Below, in pieces: positions 41,823-51,356 of a stretch of 64,000 bases of DNA. Each line of letters opens with the position of its first letter. Position 1 is the stretch's first letter. The translations under genes were made by a program, and so were the position numbers. The notes under the pieces were generated by a model. The model was not told the DNA's origin. It ran no database searches and worked only from the letters and a program-made list of their open reading frames with translations. The DNA comes from Peptococcaceae bacterium UBA4068 (GTDB lineage: Bacteria > Bacillota > Dehalobacteriia > UBA4068), in NCBI GenBank assembly GCA_002382665.1, contig DFZA01000006.1, positions 66,950 to 130,949 of the forward strand, read 5' to 3'.

Positions 41823-42527
41823 TCAAATTCGCTTAAACAATATGCCTGATAAAATGCCCAATATAATCAAGACGATAAAATCTATTGAAATTACTGCGAT
41901 TTCGAAAATATACTCGCGTTGGATGCCATAAACAAAAGTAATAACTCCTAAAGCGGCTATTGATAAAATAAATCCTACGACACAAGTCCACCGGAGAGTA
42001 TTTGAAAGCCAACCTTTTTGGGTAAATACAGGTGCAAAAAACAATATAGAAAACGATAATAACAAATAACCGGCTTCTTCCAAAGCAATAAAGATTCCAT
42101 GAGGATTATATTGTGTTAAAAGTGCCAAAGCCTCAGTTTCGCCGTTAAGTAGGCTTTGTTGTATCACAGTGACCTGTAAAAAGTAATCAACAAAAAGGAT
42201 ACCGGAAGCTAAAACAGCAAACATCACGCCTATGTGGCTGTATAGCTTTTTTTCAGAACAGGCGTATCTGTGAACACAAACTCCGTAGATAATAAACACC
42301 AAAACTAAAGCCATCGCTGGATACATCCAAAAATAATCCCTGGGGAAACGTGAGATTATGTCTGTATAGGGGTATGTAGTAATTGTACCTGTAGCAAAGG
42401 GGCCTGATATAGGTGGGGTACATATTGCTATTGCAAAAGTAAGAACTGTTAAAACTGACAACACTATGGAGCTGGTCATACCAATTGTCTTCAATTTAAA
42501 ATCAGCTTTGTCTTTACCATTTATCAT
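41823..42527 (-). CDS. Polytopic membrane protein of unknown function (bracketed by the tRNA-Ser direct repeats)
   Basis: 234 aa, about 7 TM helices. Confidence 0.45.
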   Translation of the reverse strand: MINGKDKADFKLKTIGMTSSIVLSVLTVLTFAIAICTPPISGPFATGTITTYPYTDIISRFPRDYFWMYPAMALVLVFIIYGVCVHRYACSEKKLYSHIGVMFAVLASGILFVDYFLQVTVIQQSLLNGETEALALLTQYNPHGIFIALEEAGYLLLSFSILFFAPVFTQKGWLSNTLRWTCVVGFILSIAALGVITFVYGIQREYIFEIAVISIDFIVLIILGILSGILFKRI

Positions 42528-42826
42528 AGAAGTCCACTCATCTCCAATCTTCTCTTACCTCATATTATACTATACAATTAAGTATACACTATCACGATTT
42601 AAATTCAAATATATTATAAACGAACAGTATAAATGAACGATCAAATCTTTTATAATGTGTATGTTATTAGGTGAGAAATGCTTAGAACATTTTTAACATT
42701 TTTTTAACGTAACCAATAATTTTAACGCATTTTAACCAATTACTAATAAAGGGCAGGCCAGGTAAAAGCTAAGCTAGATAAGCATATTTAATGGATAATC
42801 AGACTATTAAAAGTGATAAAAACATT

Positions 42827-42997
42827 ACTGGAAATCGCGTAAACCCCAAAAGGGTTTCGAGAGTTCGAATCTCTCCTTCTCCGCCACACAACAAAACACC
42901 TGTATCTGATAGGTACGGGTGTTTATTTTTTGCTCTAATTGAGATAAATTCTTAATATTTAAGTTTTAGGGGTTAGTATATTTAGCCACTATAGAAA
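42827..42997 (+). repeat. Direct repeat copy B: partial tRNA-Ser (from the anticodon loop to CCA), terminator and flank
   Basis: actggaaatcgcg...ccgcca plus aaaacacctgtatctgataggtacgggtgttt terminator plus gagataaatt...ggggttagtatattt...ctatagaaa, homologous to 41433-41603. Confidence 0.85.
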
Positions 42998-43322
42998 ATG
43001 GTCTAGTTCATGTTTTACTACGGCAGTAATCATAATATTAAAAAGATTAATTTCGCGTATTAGCAAATATTGGAGAATTTATTAATAAATTTTTAAAACG
43101 TTTTTGGGCAAAACTACTTGTAGGTAATCTAATAATAAGGTACAGGAATTAAAATTTAATATTTTTCTTGACTTTTAAACAGTTTAATAGTATATTTAAA
43201 ACGCTCGTTAAAAGTAAATGGATTTTTAAAAACCTTCTCTGTTGCCTAAGACTAAGACTCCGGGAAGTAATAAAAACTTCCTTTTTAGTGGCGGGCAATA
43301 ATAATTCGGAGGTTTTTCTATT

Positions 43323-43637
43323 ATGTATGAAGACAAAGTTTTAACCTGTAAAGACTGTGGTGCTGAATTTGTATTTACTGCTTCTGAGCAAGAATTTTAT
43401 GCTCAAAAAGGTTTTACAAATGAGCCTGGACGTTGCCCCTCATGCCGTGCAGCGAAAAAACAACAAAACCGCGGTGGTAGCAGCAGAGGCGGATACAGCA
43501 ATGACCGTCAGGAACGCCAAATGTACCCGGCAACCTGCGCAGCCTGCGGAAAAGAAACAATGGTTCCTTTCCAGCCCAGCGGTGACAAACCCGTATATTG
43601 CCGTGATTGCTTCGCTTCTCGTCGCAATCGTTACTAA
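43323..43637 (+). CDS. Small zinc-ribbon protein (four CxxC pairs)
   Basis: CKDCG...CPSCR...CAACG...CRDC in 104 aa. Followed by a terminator at 43645-43690. Confidence 0.55.
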   Translation: MYEDKVLTCKDCGAEFVFTASEQEFYAQKGFTNEPGRCPSCRAAKKQQNRGGSSRGGYSNDRQERQMYPATCAACGKETMVPFQPSGDKPVYCRDCFASRRNRY

Positions 43638-43762
43638 GTTTTAAAAAAGAGACCTTCTTGGGGTAAATCCCAGGAAGGTCTTTTTATTATACTGCTCTTG
43701 CATTTTTCCAAAGAGCATGATATTTTTAAATTAACACATACAGAGGAGGATTTTGATAATAA

Positions 43763-44284
43763 ATGGATATTAAACCTTATATTCGCGAAATTCCCGATTG
43801 GCCTATCGAAGGCGTGAGCTTTAAAGATATCACCACCCTGCTGCAAGACCCGAAACTCTTTACATATGTAGTCGATGCCATGATCGAGCCGTTTAAAAAC
43901 ACGGAAATTGATAAAATTGTGGGCATTGACGCGCGTGGTTTCCTGCTGGCGACGCCAATTGCTTATAAAATCGGCTGCGGCGTCAGTCTGGTCAGAAAAG
44001 AAGGCAAATTGCCTTATAAAACCATCAAAGAATGTTATCAAAAAGAATACGGATTAGATGTTTTGGCGATGCATGAGGATACCATCGCAAAAGGCGAAAA
44101 AGTCCTGATAATCGATGATCTGTTGGCTACCGGCGGCACTATAGAGGCCACCATCAAAATGATCGAGCGCTTAGGCGGAGAAGTGGTCGGCGGCAGTTTT
44201 ATTATTAACTTGCCGTTCTGCGGCGGCAGCGAAAAATTAACTAAATACAATATGAAATGGCTGGTGTCGTATGATGAAGAATAA
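43763..44284 (+). CDS. apt: Adenine phosphoribosyltransferase
   Basis: 173 aa. PRPP-binding motif [14 protein letters not shown]-terminal FKDITTLL typical of Apt. Confidence 0.85.
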   Translation: MDIKPYIREIPDWPIEGVSFKDITTLLQDPKLFTYVVDAMIEPFKNTEIDKIVGIDARGFLLATPIAYKIGCGVSLVRKEGKLPYKTIKECYQKEYGLDVLAMHEDTIAKGEKVLIIDDLLATGGTIEATIKMIERLGGEVVGGSFIINLPFCGGSEKLTKYNMKWLVSYDEE

Positions 44285-45005
44285 GATAGGCATTATCGGC
44301 GGCAGCGGCCTCGACGACCCGAAAATTTTGATCAACCCCCAGGAAATTGATTTGGACACGCCTTACGGCAAAACCTCAGACAAATTGATCTGCGGCTCTA
44401 TCGGCAATACAGATGTAGTCATACTGGCCAGACATTCCAAGCAGCACAGCATTTCGCCGACCAAAGTGCCGTATCTGGCCAACATCTGGGCACTGAAAGA
44501 AGTAGGCTGCCAACAAATTTTCGCCACCACCGCCTGCGGTTCCCTACGGGCAGAAATGGCGCCGGGAGATTTGGTTTTTCTCGATCAGTTTATTGATCAT
44601 ACCAAATTAAGAAGATTATCTTTCTTTGAGGACGAAGTTGTCCATACGCCCATGGCCGAACCATTTGACTTTGGCCTGCGCCAAAAATTAGTAGCGGCAG
44701 CCAAAGATCTGGGTTTTAAATATCACGACAAAGGCACCATGATAACTATTGAAGGGCCGAGATTTTCCACCAAGGCGGAATCAAAAATGTTTCAATCATG
44801 GGGAGCTGATCTGATCAATATGTCGACAGTACCGGAAGTCTCCCTGGCCAACGAATTACAGATACCCTACCAGTCAATAGCCATGGTAACCGATTACGAC
44901 TGCTGGAAAGACGACGAGGAATCGGTCTCATTCGAATTAATCCTCAAGCGTATGAAAGACAACTCGGAAAAAGTAAAACAACTGCTGATAAAGATGGCAG
45001 AATAG
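44271..45005 (+). CDS. mtnP: S-methyl-5'-thioadenosine / purine nucleoside phosphorylase (PNP family 2)
   Basis: GIIGGSGL N-terminus, MSTVPEV and TDYD motifs of MTAP/PNP-II. Overlaps the apt stop. Confidence 0.7.
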   Translation: MMKNKIGIIGGSGLDDPKILINPQEIDLDTPYGKTSDKLICGSIGNTDVVILARHSKQHSISPTKVPYLANIWALKEVGCQQIFATTACGSLRAEMAPGDLVFLDQFIDHTKLRRLSFFEDEVVHTPMAEPFDFGLRQKLVAAAKDLGFKYHDKGTMITIEGPRFSTKAESKMFQSWGADLINMSTVPEVSLANELQIPYQSIAMVTDYDCWKDDEESVSFELILKRMKDNSEKVKQLLIKMAE

Positions 45006-45044
45006 GAGCGGCTCGAGGTTTATAATTCCTCTATGCTTCTATAT

Positions 45045-45077
45045 AAAAAGCTTGCAGGTTAATTCTGCAAGCTTTTT
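45045..45077. terminator. Bidirectional terminator (aaaaagcttgcag / ctgcaagcttttt) marking the left edge of the AT-rich island
   Basis: 12-bp perfect stem, A-run and T-run on opposite sides. Confidence 0.65.
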
Positions 45078-45115
45078 AAGTTGTGAATATTCAATGAGTT
45101 AGGTATTCTTTTTAT

Positions 45116-46900
45116 TTATTTGTCAGGCTTTAATTTATATATTGGCCAACTTCTAAATATATCTTGATCTGAAGGATCAAGCTTTTCAAAGTACATATGA
45201 TAATCAAAAACATTATCTAATAAAATACTTATTGAACATAATGCAAGAACATCTTCATCTGAGTTAAGTTTTGCTTTTTTGTCATTTAATTGTATTTTTT
45301 CTTCCTTAGATAATGGAGTTTGTCTTTTTTTAATTTGCATTGTATTTATTAGATTAATAGTACTATCTATAGAATAATTGTCTAAATAATTTTGAATTTT
45401 TTCAGCTAATATTAAGAGTTTCCCACGTGTAGTATCTTTATCATATGCTATTAATATCTGAATAAGAAATTCAGTTAATAAGCTAAATGTTTGTTCATTT
45501 AATTCCATAGAAATAATTGAATCATAAATAACGTCACATTTAATGTTCGAAAATCTTAAAATATCCTCAGATTTCAGCTGTATATATGGACTAACTATAG
45601 CTTCTTCTCCATTTGTAAATTTCGCAATTACCATTAAATCATCATTTTTTTCAAAATAATTAAGTATTTCAAAAGCACCGTTATCTTTGGGTATTACTAA
45701 TAGAGCAATACTAAGAGGCCCTATCATTATACAAGTTATACCTACTTGCAACTGTATCCCATTAGGAATTATTATCTTATTAAGGGAATTAATTAACCAT
45801 GTCAAATTATTAGAATTTGGCTTTATGAGATCATCAAAGTTTTTATCATAATTAATCCCTAAATTATTAAGTATATTTTCTGCCATAGTATAATTTGATA
45901 GTAATTCTTCTAATTCTTCTAAACCTTTATTGTCACGAAAATCTATATTAGTAACATTAGAATATAAAGGAGTTTCATCTATTTCTATTATCTTTTTACT
46001 AAAAACAGCAATTAAAAACCTAATATCTTTTATTCTTTCTTTCAAACTTCCTATTATCTTATAATCTACCTTTATTTCCTTTCCATTAATTTTAAGTAAC
46101 TCAATTGCTTGTCCAACTTGTATTTTTTCATTATCTTTATTTTTGGCAACTCTGTAACTTGAATAATACTCAATTCCTTCAACATTAACATTCCTAGAAA
46201 TTTCTTTTACTATTTCATTAATTTGTATCGTTCTATTAAAAGGAACAAATGGACTTTCTGGATTTAGTTTCCCATATAAATAATTTTCGTCATCAAAAAC
46301 ATTAATAATTGAGCCCATTTCATAAGACGTTACCCCTATTTCAATTTTATTGACTTTTTCAATATCTTTGAAGTCAATATAAATATCATTTTTTTGCATT
46401 TCCATATTTTTATATGTATCTGCACATATATATGTAAATGATGAAGATTTATTTTCTGGAACATATTTCAAGCAAATGTTTATTTGCTTTTGATTTTCGT
46501 TTAGTTTTCCTATTAGTTTTTTTATATCTACAGGTAAAAGTCTTTTATAGTATAATCTACATAAACTAATACTTTTCTCATCAATTTCTACAACAAAAAA
46601 AATAACACCAATTTTTAATGTATATTTTTTTAAATCTGTAACATTCAACGGATATGATCTAGTATTATCACTAAATTTTTTAACAAGCTTCCCTTTTACT
46701 TGAACCGGAATGCAACCAGTCAAATGATCTTTTTTCTGCTCGCCATTGTTGAATATTTCAATTTCGCCATCCCAAATAATGTCTCTTTCACTCTTTTTTA
46801 TATTGGCGTGTAATAACGAACATGAATTAATAGCAGTACAAACTGTTTGAACTGCTGCTTCTTCTATTTTAGTACTCGGTATTGACATTATAATTACCAC
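45116..46900 (-). CDS. Large AT-rich orphan protein (594 aa) with DUF4365-like N-terminal domain
   Basis: Long ORF with strongly AT-biased codons. N-terminal D-x-GEIEI...VQVKGK pattern, reminiscent of DUF4365, a PD-(D/E)xK-like domain family. No Walker or TM motifs. Confidence 0.5.
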   Translation of the reverse strand: MVIIMSIPSTKIEEAAVQTVCTAINSCSLLHANIKKSERDIIWDGEIEIFNNGEQKKDHLTGCIPVQVKGKLVKKFSDNTRSYPLNVTDLKKYTLKIGVIFFVVEIDEKSISLCRLYYKRLLPVDIKKLIGKLNENQKQINICLKYVPENKSSSFTYICADTYKNMEMQKNDIYIDFKDIEKVNKIEIGVTSYEMGSIINVFDDENYLYGKLNPESPFVPFNRTIQINEIVKEISRNVNVEGIEYYSSYRVAKNKDNEKIQVGQAIELLKINGKEIKVDYKIIGSLKERIKDIRFLIAVFSKKIIEIDETPLYSNVTNIDFRDNKGLEELEELLSNYTMAENILNNLGINYDKNFDDLIKPNSNNLTWLINSLNKIIIPNGIQLQVGITCIMIGPLSIALLVIPKDNGAFEILNYFEKNDDLMVIAKFTNGEEAIVSPYIQLKSEDILRFSNIKCDVIYDSIISMELNEQTFSLLTEFLIQILIAYDKDTTRGKLLILAEKIQNYLDNYSIDSTINLINTMQIKKRQTPLSKEEKIQLNDKKAKLNSDEDVLALCSISILLDNVFDYHMYFEKLDPSDQDIFRSWPIYKLKPDK

Positions 46901-47098
46901 CTATATGATTTTTTTATTATAGGTATAAAATACTAATCTCAAACTCTTCTTGTCTTCTTTAAACTTCAAATTACATTCGCTACCTTATTCTTATATACAG
47001 AATAATACATTTTTCTACATAATGCAATTATTGTATTAAAAATAAGACAGCCCTGACTTATTATCAGAGCTGTCTTATAAGAACATACGATTCCTATC

Positions 47099-47617
47099 CT
47101 ACATACATTCATATGGATTGATTATCACCACATCCAACCCCTGTTTCCTTGCGTAATAGATAGTTTGGGCGGTGCCGCCGCTGGATGACAGATCGTGAAC
47201 AGCAATCAGACGCGACGAACTGTCTATCATTTTTTGGTTACGCCGCTGCATACAGCCGGTCGTATAATTCATCTGCAAACAAATTACCTCATCGGCTTTA
47301 GTCAGTATATTTATGTATTCTTCGCGCCAGTCTACCAACCATCTATCCGCCTGCGTTTCGCAAGGCAGATAACAAATCAGCCGGATATCAGGAAATTTCT
47401 CTTTCAGCTTTAAAATAATCTCCGCCGCCCAGATGTCCACACCCATGGCCATACCGGTTTGAAACGTCGTAAATCCTAGAAAGATACTTTTACGTATTTC
47501 ATATTCCAATTTGTTTAAGAGCAAAGCCAAATTTAATTCCATTGGCAATTTATGCGGACGCAAGCCACTGATCGTACATACTTTATCTTTTCCTGACATT
47601 TTATCTCCTTTTATCAT
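47099..47617 (-). CDS. SLOG-superfamily YpsA/DUF1273-family protein
   Basis: GMAMGVDIWAAE (cf. YpsA GxxLGvElWAAE) and the C-terminal SGGT motif of the DprA/LOG-like Rossmann fold. Confidence 0.7.
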   Translation of the reverse strand: MIKGDKMSGKDKVCTISGLRPHKLPMELNLALLLNKLEYEIRKSIFLGFTTFQTGMAMGVDIWAAEIILKLKEKFPDIRLICYLPCETQADRWLVDWREEYINILTKADEVICLQMNYTTGCMQRRNQKMIDSSSRLIAVHDLSSSGGTAQTIYYARKQGLDVVIINPYECM

Positions 47618-47695
47618 ATAACATGTATTATGTTAGATTATTATAACATATTATATAACCAGAAGGCAATATAAAATTGTCTTGAGGTGATCGTA

Positions 47696-47893
47696 ATGAG
47701 TAACAACCGCATTCCCATATCAAAAAAGGAACATGCAAAAGGAGAAGACGGGTATAAAACTTTCTCCATTCGTATAAAAGAAGAAACAGTCGCTGCGCTG
47801 GACGCTATAGCAAATAAAAGCAACCGCTCCAGAAACGAACTAATCAATATATTTTTGGACTATGGAGTTGAACACTGCGAAATCGTAGAGTAA
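47696..47893 (+). CDS. Ribbon-helix-helix (CopG/Arc/MetJ-like) DNA-binding protein
   Basis: KTFSIRIKEETVAALDAIANKSNRSRNELI, the β-strand-helix-helix pattern of RHH regulators and antitoxins. Confidence 0.6.
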   Translation: MSNNRIPISKKEHAKGEDGYKTFSIRIKEETVAALDAIANKSNRSRNELINIFLDYGVEHCEIVE

Positions 47894-47918
47894 TAACCCC
47901 ATTTAGTCGAGGTGCGCC
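47851..47918 (+). repeat. 68-bp direct repeat, copy 1 (3' end of RHH gene plus RBS region)
   Basis: About 94% identical to 48701-48768. Both copies end exactly at an ATG start codon. Confidence 0.9.
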
Positions 47919-48701
47919 ATGAAAAACAAAGTTATTTTATTTGTTATTGTTCTTTTATTAGTAATCTGTACATCGTCATATTTTTTTATTAGTAATAACA
48001 ATCAGACTAATAAAAAAACAGAGTCTACATCTACTGCCGAAATTTCCACTGCTACCACAATACCAAGTGTATCTAAAGAAACAGAAACAAAATACGAATG
48101 GGTTATTAAACCAAAACTTGATTATTCATTAATCGTTTTTGATCCATTTGCCCAAAACTATCAAGGAATAATAAATTATAAAGATGGAGAAAGTCATTAT
48201 GTAATCAGCAGCGAAACGGGAGAAGAAACTGGTGAATCTATTTTAGGCGATTCTATTGGCATTATGCCTTTCTGTGATCCACAACAAAATATTTTAGGTA
48301 CGCGTACTTATACTACTTGGGGTCAACAATTGTATGGTGAAGGAGATATTACTCAATTAGATTCTATTGCAGATATTGAAAGTGTTATTAAAACACACCA
48401 AAAGATAGCCACTCTAATTCCGTTACAAAAGGCCGATTTTTCTTCAGCAACTTCTTTCTCTAATAAATATGCTTTAGCAAACACTAATGATATTATCACA
48501 GATTTTATCTATGATGACGTTGACGGTTATTATAATACATCCACTTTTGCTGTTTGTAAAAACAACAAATGGGGATTCATCAATGATAAAGGCGAGCAAA
48601 TAATTGATTTTGTTTTTGATGGTGCAGTGAGTATTGAAACAGGAAAAGCATTCGTTAAGCAAAATGACAAGTGGGGAATTATTAAGATAACTATTGAATA
48701 A
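47919..48701 (+). CDS. WG-repeat (KWG motif) lipoprotein
   Basis: Signal peptide plus Cys. Repeated ...NKWGFINDKGEQ.../...NDKWGII... WG-containing repeats. Confidence 0.55.
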   Translation: MKNKVILFVIVLLLVICTSSYFFISNNNQTNKKTESTSTAEISTATTIPSVSKETETKYEWVIKPKLDYSLIVFDPFAQNYQGIINYKDGESHYVISSETGEETGESILGDSIGIMPFCDPQQNILGTRTYTTWGQQLYGEGDITQLDSIADIESVIKTHQKIATLIPLQKADFSSATSFSNKYALANTNDIITDFIYDDVDGYYNTSTFAVCKNNKWGFINDKGEQIIDFVFDGAVSIETGKAFVKQNDKWGIIKITIE

Positions 48702-48768
48702 TTTTTGGACTATGGAGTTGAACACTGCGAAATCGTAGAGTAATAACCCCATTTAATCGAGGTATACC
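48701..48768 (+). repeat. 68-bp direct repeat, copy 2 (precedes nim-like gene)
   Basis: See copy 1. Confidence 0.9.
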
Positions 48769-49257
48769 ATGAGGAGAAAAGACAGAGAAGTAACCAACCT
48801 TGACGAGATAAGAGACATCATTGAAAAATGTAAAGTCTGCCACCTTGCTATGGTGGATAACGGTATGCCCTATGTTATACCGCTTAATTTTGGTTATATA
48901 ATCGCAGATAATTTGCTGACTCTCTTTTTCCACAGCGCAAAAGAAGGGCGCAAAATCAATATATTAAAAGCTAACAATCAGGTTTGCTTTGAAATGACCT
49001 GCGAAGGTAAATCGCTTAATATAGAAAACCCCTGCAATTCAGGTTATTACTTCGAAAGCGTGCATGGATTCGGTCAGGTTGAATTCATTGAAGATGTCGA
49101 TGAAAAATGCCACGCGCTCACGCTTCTGGCAAAACATCAGTTAAATCAGGATTTCGTCTTCACAGAAAATCAGGCAAACAGCGTATGTGTGTTCAAGGTA
49201 GTATCCCAAGACTTTACCGGCAAAAAAAAGCCCGCGCCGGAGCATGATACCCAATAG
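48769..49257 (+). CDS. Pyridoxamine-5'-phosphate-oxidase-like, Nim (5-nitroimidazole reductase)-family protein
   Basis: N-terminal split-barrel pattern (CHLAMVDNGMPYVIPLNFGY...FHSAKEGRKI) as in NimA-type proteins, 162 aa. Confidence 0.65.
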   Translation: MRRKDREVTNLDEIRDIIEKCKVCHLAMVDNGMPYVIPLNFGYIIADNLLTLFFHSAKEGRKINILKANNQVCFEMTCEGKSLNIENPCNSGYYFESVHGFGQVEFIEDVDEKCHALTLLAKHQLNQDFVFTENQANSVCVFKVVSQDFTGKKKPAPEHDTQ

Positions 49258-49427
49258 GGTATCAGTGCCACTCGGTCAAAGCTATTTTGAAGAGCGATAC
49301 CCCAAATATAGTACAATAGAGCATGAATTTATAATAAGAATTGTTTTAGGAGTGGTTCTTATGAAAAATTGCATTGTAATAATGGGATAGTCAGCAAATT
49401 AACATCATACAAAGGAGAGTGTTAAAC

Positions 49428-50060
49428 ATGACTATTCCCAATAAAAATAAACTATACCCAAGAAGCAACGATCACCAAACCATATATCTTAAAAACGCAA
49501 TTACCAGAGATAACATAATAGTCGGAGATTACACAATATATAACGATTTTTATAATGACCTGCGGGACTTTGAAAAAAACAATGTCTTGTATCAGTATCC
49601 GCTGAACAATGATAAATTAATAATCGGTAAGTTTTGTTCGATCGCCTGTAAAGCGAAGTTTCTCATGACAAGCGGCAATCACACGCTCAAATCACTATCT
49701 ACTTACCCATTCCCTATCTTTTATGAGCAATGGGGGTTGGACGTTGGCCAAATCACAGACGCCTGGGATAATAAAGGAGATATTATAGTCGGCAACGATG
49801 TCTGGATAGGTTATGACGCTATTATTATGCCAGGCGTGAAAATTGGTGATGGCGCAATTATCGGCGCCAGAGCAGTCGTTACCCAAAACGTCCCTCCTTA
49901 CTCTATTGTCGGAGGCGTTCCCGCAAAAGTCATAAAGAATAGGTTTAGTGATGATATAATTTCAAAGTTATTGGAGATCAAGTGGTGGGATTGGCCGGAC
50001 GAAAAAATCCGGGCCAATATTCAACACCTCCAATCAGGAAATATTGCTGAATTAGTTTGA
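49428..50060 (+). CDS. vat: Xenobiotic acetyltransferase (XAT) hexapeptide family, Vat-like streptogramin A O-acetyltransferase
   Basis: [50 protein letters not shown] and KWWDWP align closely with Vat(D)-type enzymes (more so than with CatB). Confidence 0.75.
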   Translation: MTIPNKNKLYPRSNDHQTIYLKNAITRDNIIVGDYTIYNDFYNDLRDFEKNNVLYQYPLNNDKLIIGKFCSIACKAKFLMTSGNHTLKSLSTYPFPIFYEQWGLDVGQITDAWDNKGDIIVGNDVWIGYDAIIMPGVKIGDGAIIGARAVVTQNVPPYSIVGGVPAKVIKNRFSDDIISKLLEIKWWDWPDEKIRANIQHLQSGNIAELV

Positions 50061-50110
50061 TATTTACATTAGTTTTCCCGCATTAAATACCAATCTCTGC
50101 TTGAACTTAA

Positions 50111-50145
50111 AAAAAGATGCCGGTTTTAATAACCGGCATCTTTTA
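50111..50145. terminator. Bidirectional terminator (aagatgccggtt / aaccggcatctt) between vat and GT gene
   Basis: 12-bp perfect stem with flanking A and T runs. Confidence 0.7.
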
Positions 50146-51237
50146 AACTTCGTTTTCATTGGACTCTGAATTAACACTTTTAAAATAAAATTTATTATAC
50201 AGTACAGCCGGATGGTTTGGTTTATACTCGGCTGCCTTGTTATTATGCTTAATAGCTTGTTCTATGTTACCGATCCTGTCGTAACAGAAACATAGCTGCA
50301 TGTTGGGAATGTAATCCCAAAAATCATGCAGAATAAATCCCCAGTTATCAACAGGCTTTTTCAACTGGGTAGCCAGATTATACCAAAATATAGCTTTATC
50401 AAAGTCAGCCTTTTCTAAATAGTAGCTTCCCAGTTGACAACAGATTTCCGCTCGAGGCGTATCATATTCGAAGCTTTGCAATAATATTTTCAGTTTGCTT
50501 TTATTATTATTTAGATAACCATAGCATATTGAAAGATAAAAACAGGAACTGATATTATCTTCTGCCCATCCTTTTTCAGTATCTAAAAACTTATTGAAAT
50601 ATATGATCGCGTCATCGTACTTTTGATTGTAATACAGCTCTTTCGCATAATAGCAAAGCCCCCTTACGCTCAATTCTTTTCCTTTTGACAATAACTTTTC
50701 ATAGATTGATATGTTTCTGCCGCTTGGTGTTTGATGTTCTTTTTTATGAGTTATACATATATCTGAGTTAATAATATATCCTCCGGTTTGTATATACTCA
50801 TGGATAGGTTCCAACCATTTGTAGTTATTTGCCCTCTTAACCAAACGTTCTCTGTAATATGATAAAGTAATATTGCCGTTTTCATCAAAACCGGCATTAT
50901 ATTTCATCATCACCATATCAACATTATCATTTAAATCTTGTTTTAGCTGCTTTAATTTGATTCTGTCTTCTTCCAGGATAACATCGTCCGCGTCCAACCA
51001 AAGAATATAATCCTTTGTCGCTTGGGAAAATGAGTAATTTCTCGCGGCTGAAAAATCGTCAATCCATTCGAAATCATATAGTTTATCAGTATATTCTTTA
51101 ACAATATTCTTTGTGTTATCTGTAGATCCGGTATCCACAATAATTATTTCATCAGCAATATCCTTAACACATTCCAGGCACCTTGATAAAACGTCTTCTT
51201 CATCCTTCACAATCATACAAAGACTAATTGTTATCAT
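50143..51237 (-). CDS. GT2 (GT-A fold) glycosyltransferase with C-terminal TPR-like helical domain
   Basis: IVKDEEDVL...IIIVDTGSTDNT...WLDADDV (DxD) N-terminal domain. C-terminal TPR-like repeats. Architecture shared with spore-coat/exosporium and SunS-type glycosyltransferases. Confidence 0.7.
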   Translation of the reverse strand: MITISLCMIVKDEEDVLSRCLECVKDIADEIIIVDTGSTDNTKNIVKEYTDKLYDFEWIDDFSAARNYSFSQATKDYILWLDADDVILEEDRIKLKQLKQDLNDNVDMVMMKYNAGFDENGNITLSYYRERLVKRANNYKWLEPIHEYIQTGGYIINSDICITHKKEHQTPSGRNISIYEKLLSKGKELSVRGLCYYAKELYYNQKYDDAIIYFNKFLDTEKGWAEDNISSCFYLSICYGYLNNNKSKLKILLQSFEYDTPRAEICCQLGSYYLEKADFDKAIFWYNLATQLKKPVDNWGFILHDFWDYIPNMQLCFCYDRIGNIEQAIKHNNKAAEYKPNHPAVLYNKFYFKSVNSESNENEV

Positions 51238-51356
51238 TTAACACCTCCGTTTATGCCGATCCCTTTATTAAAAGAGGGAAATATAAAATGTCCCCCTCTT
51301 TCAATAAATATTAAAGTAGATTATTTGCTATATCTTACTAATTGAGGTATTTGTTA

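Noticed and set aside
47696-47893. RHH protein as antitoxin of a type II TA pair
   Set aside because: No RelE/ParE/MazF-like toxin ORF follows. The next gene is a secreted WG-repeat lipoprotein. It is more likely a CopG-type transcriptional regulator.
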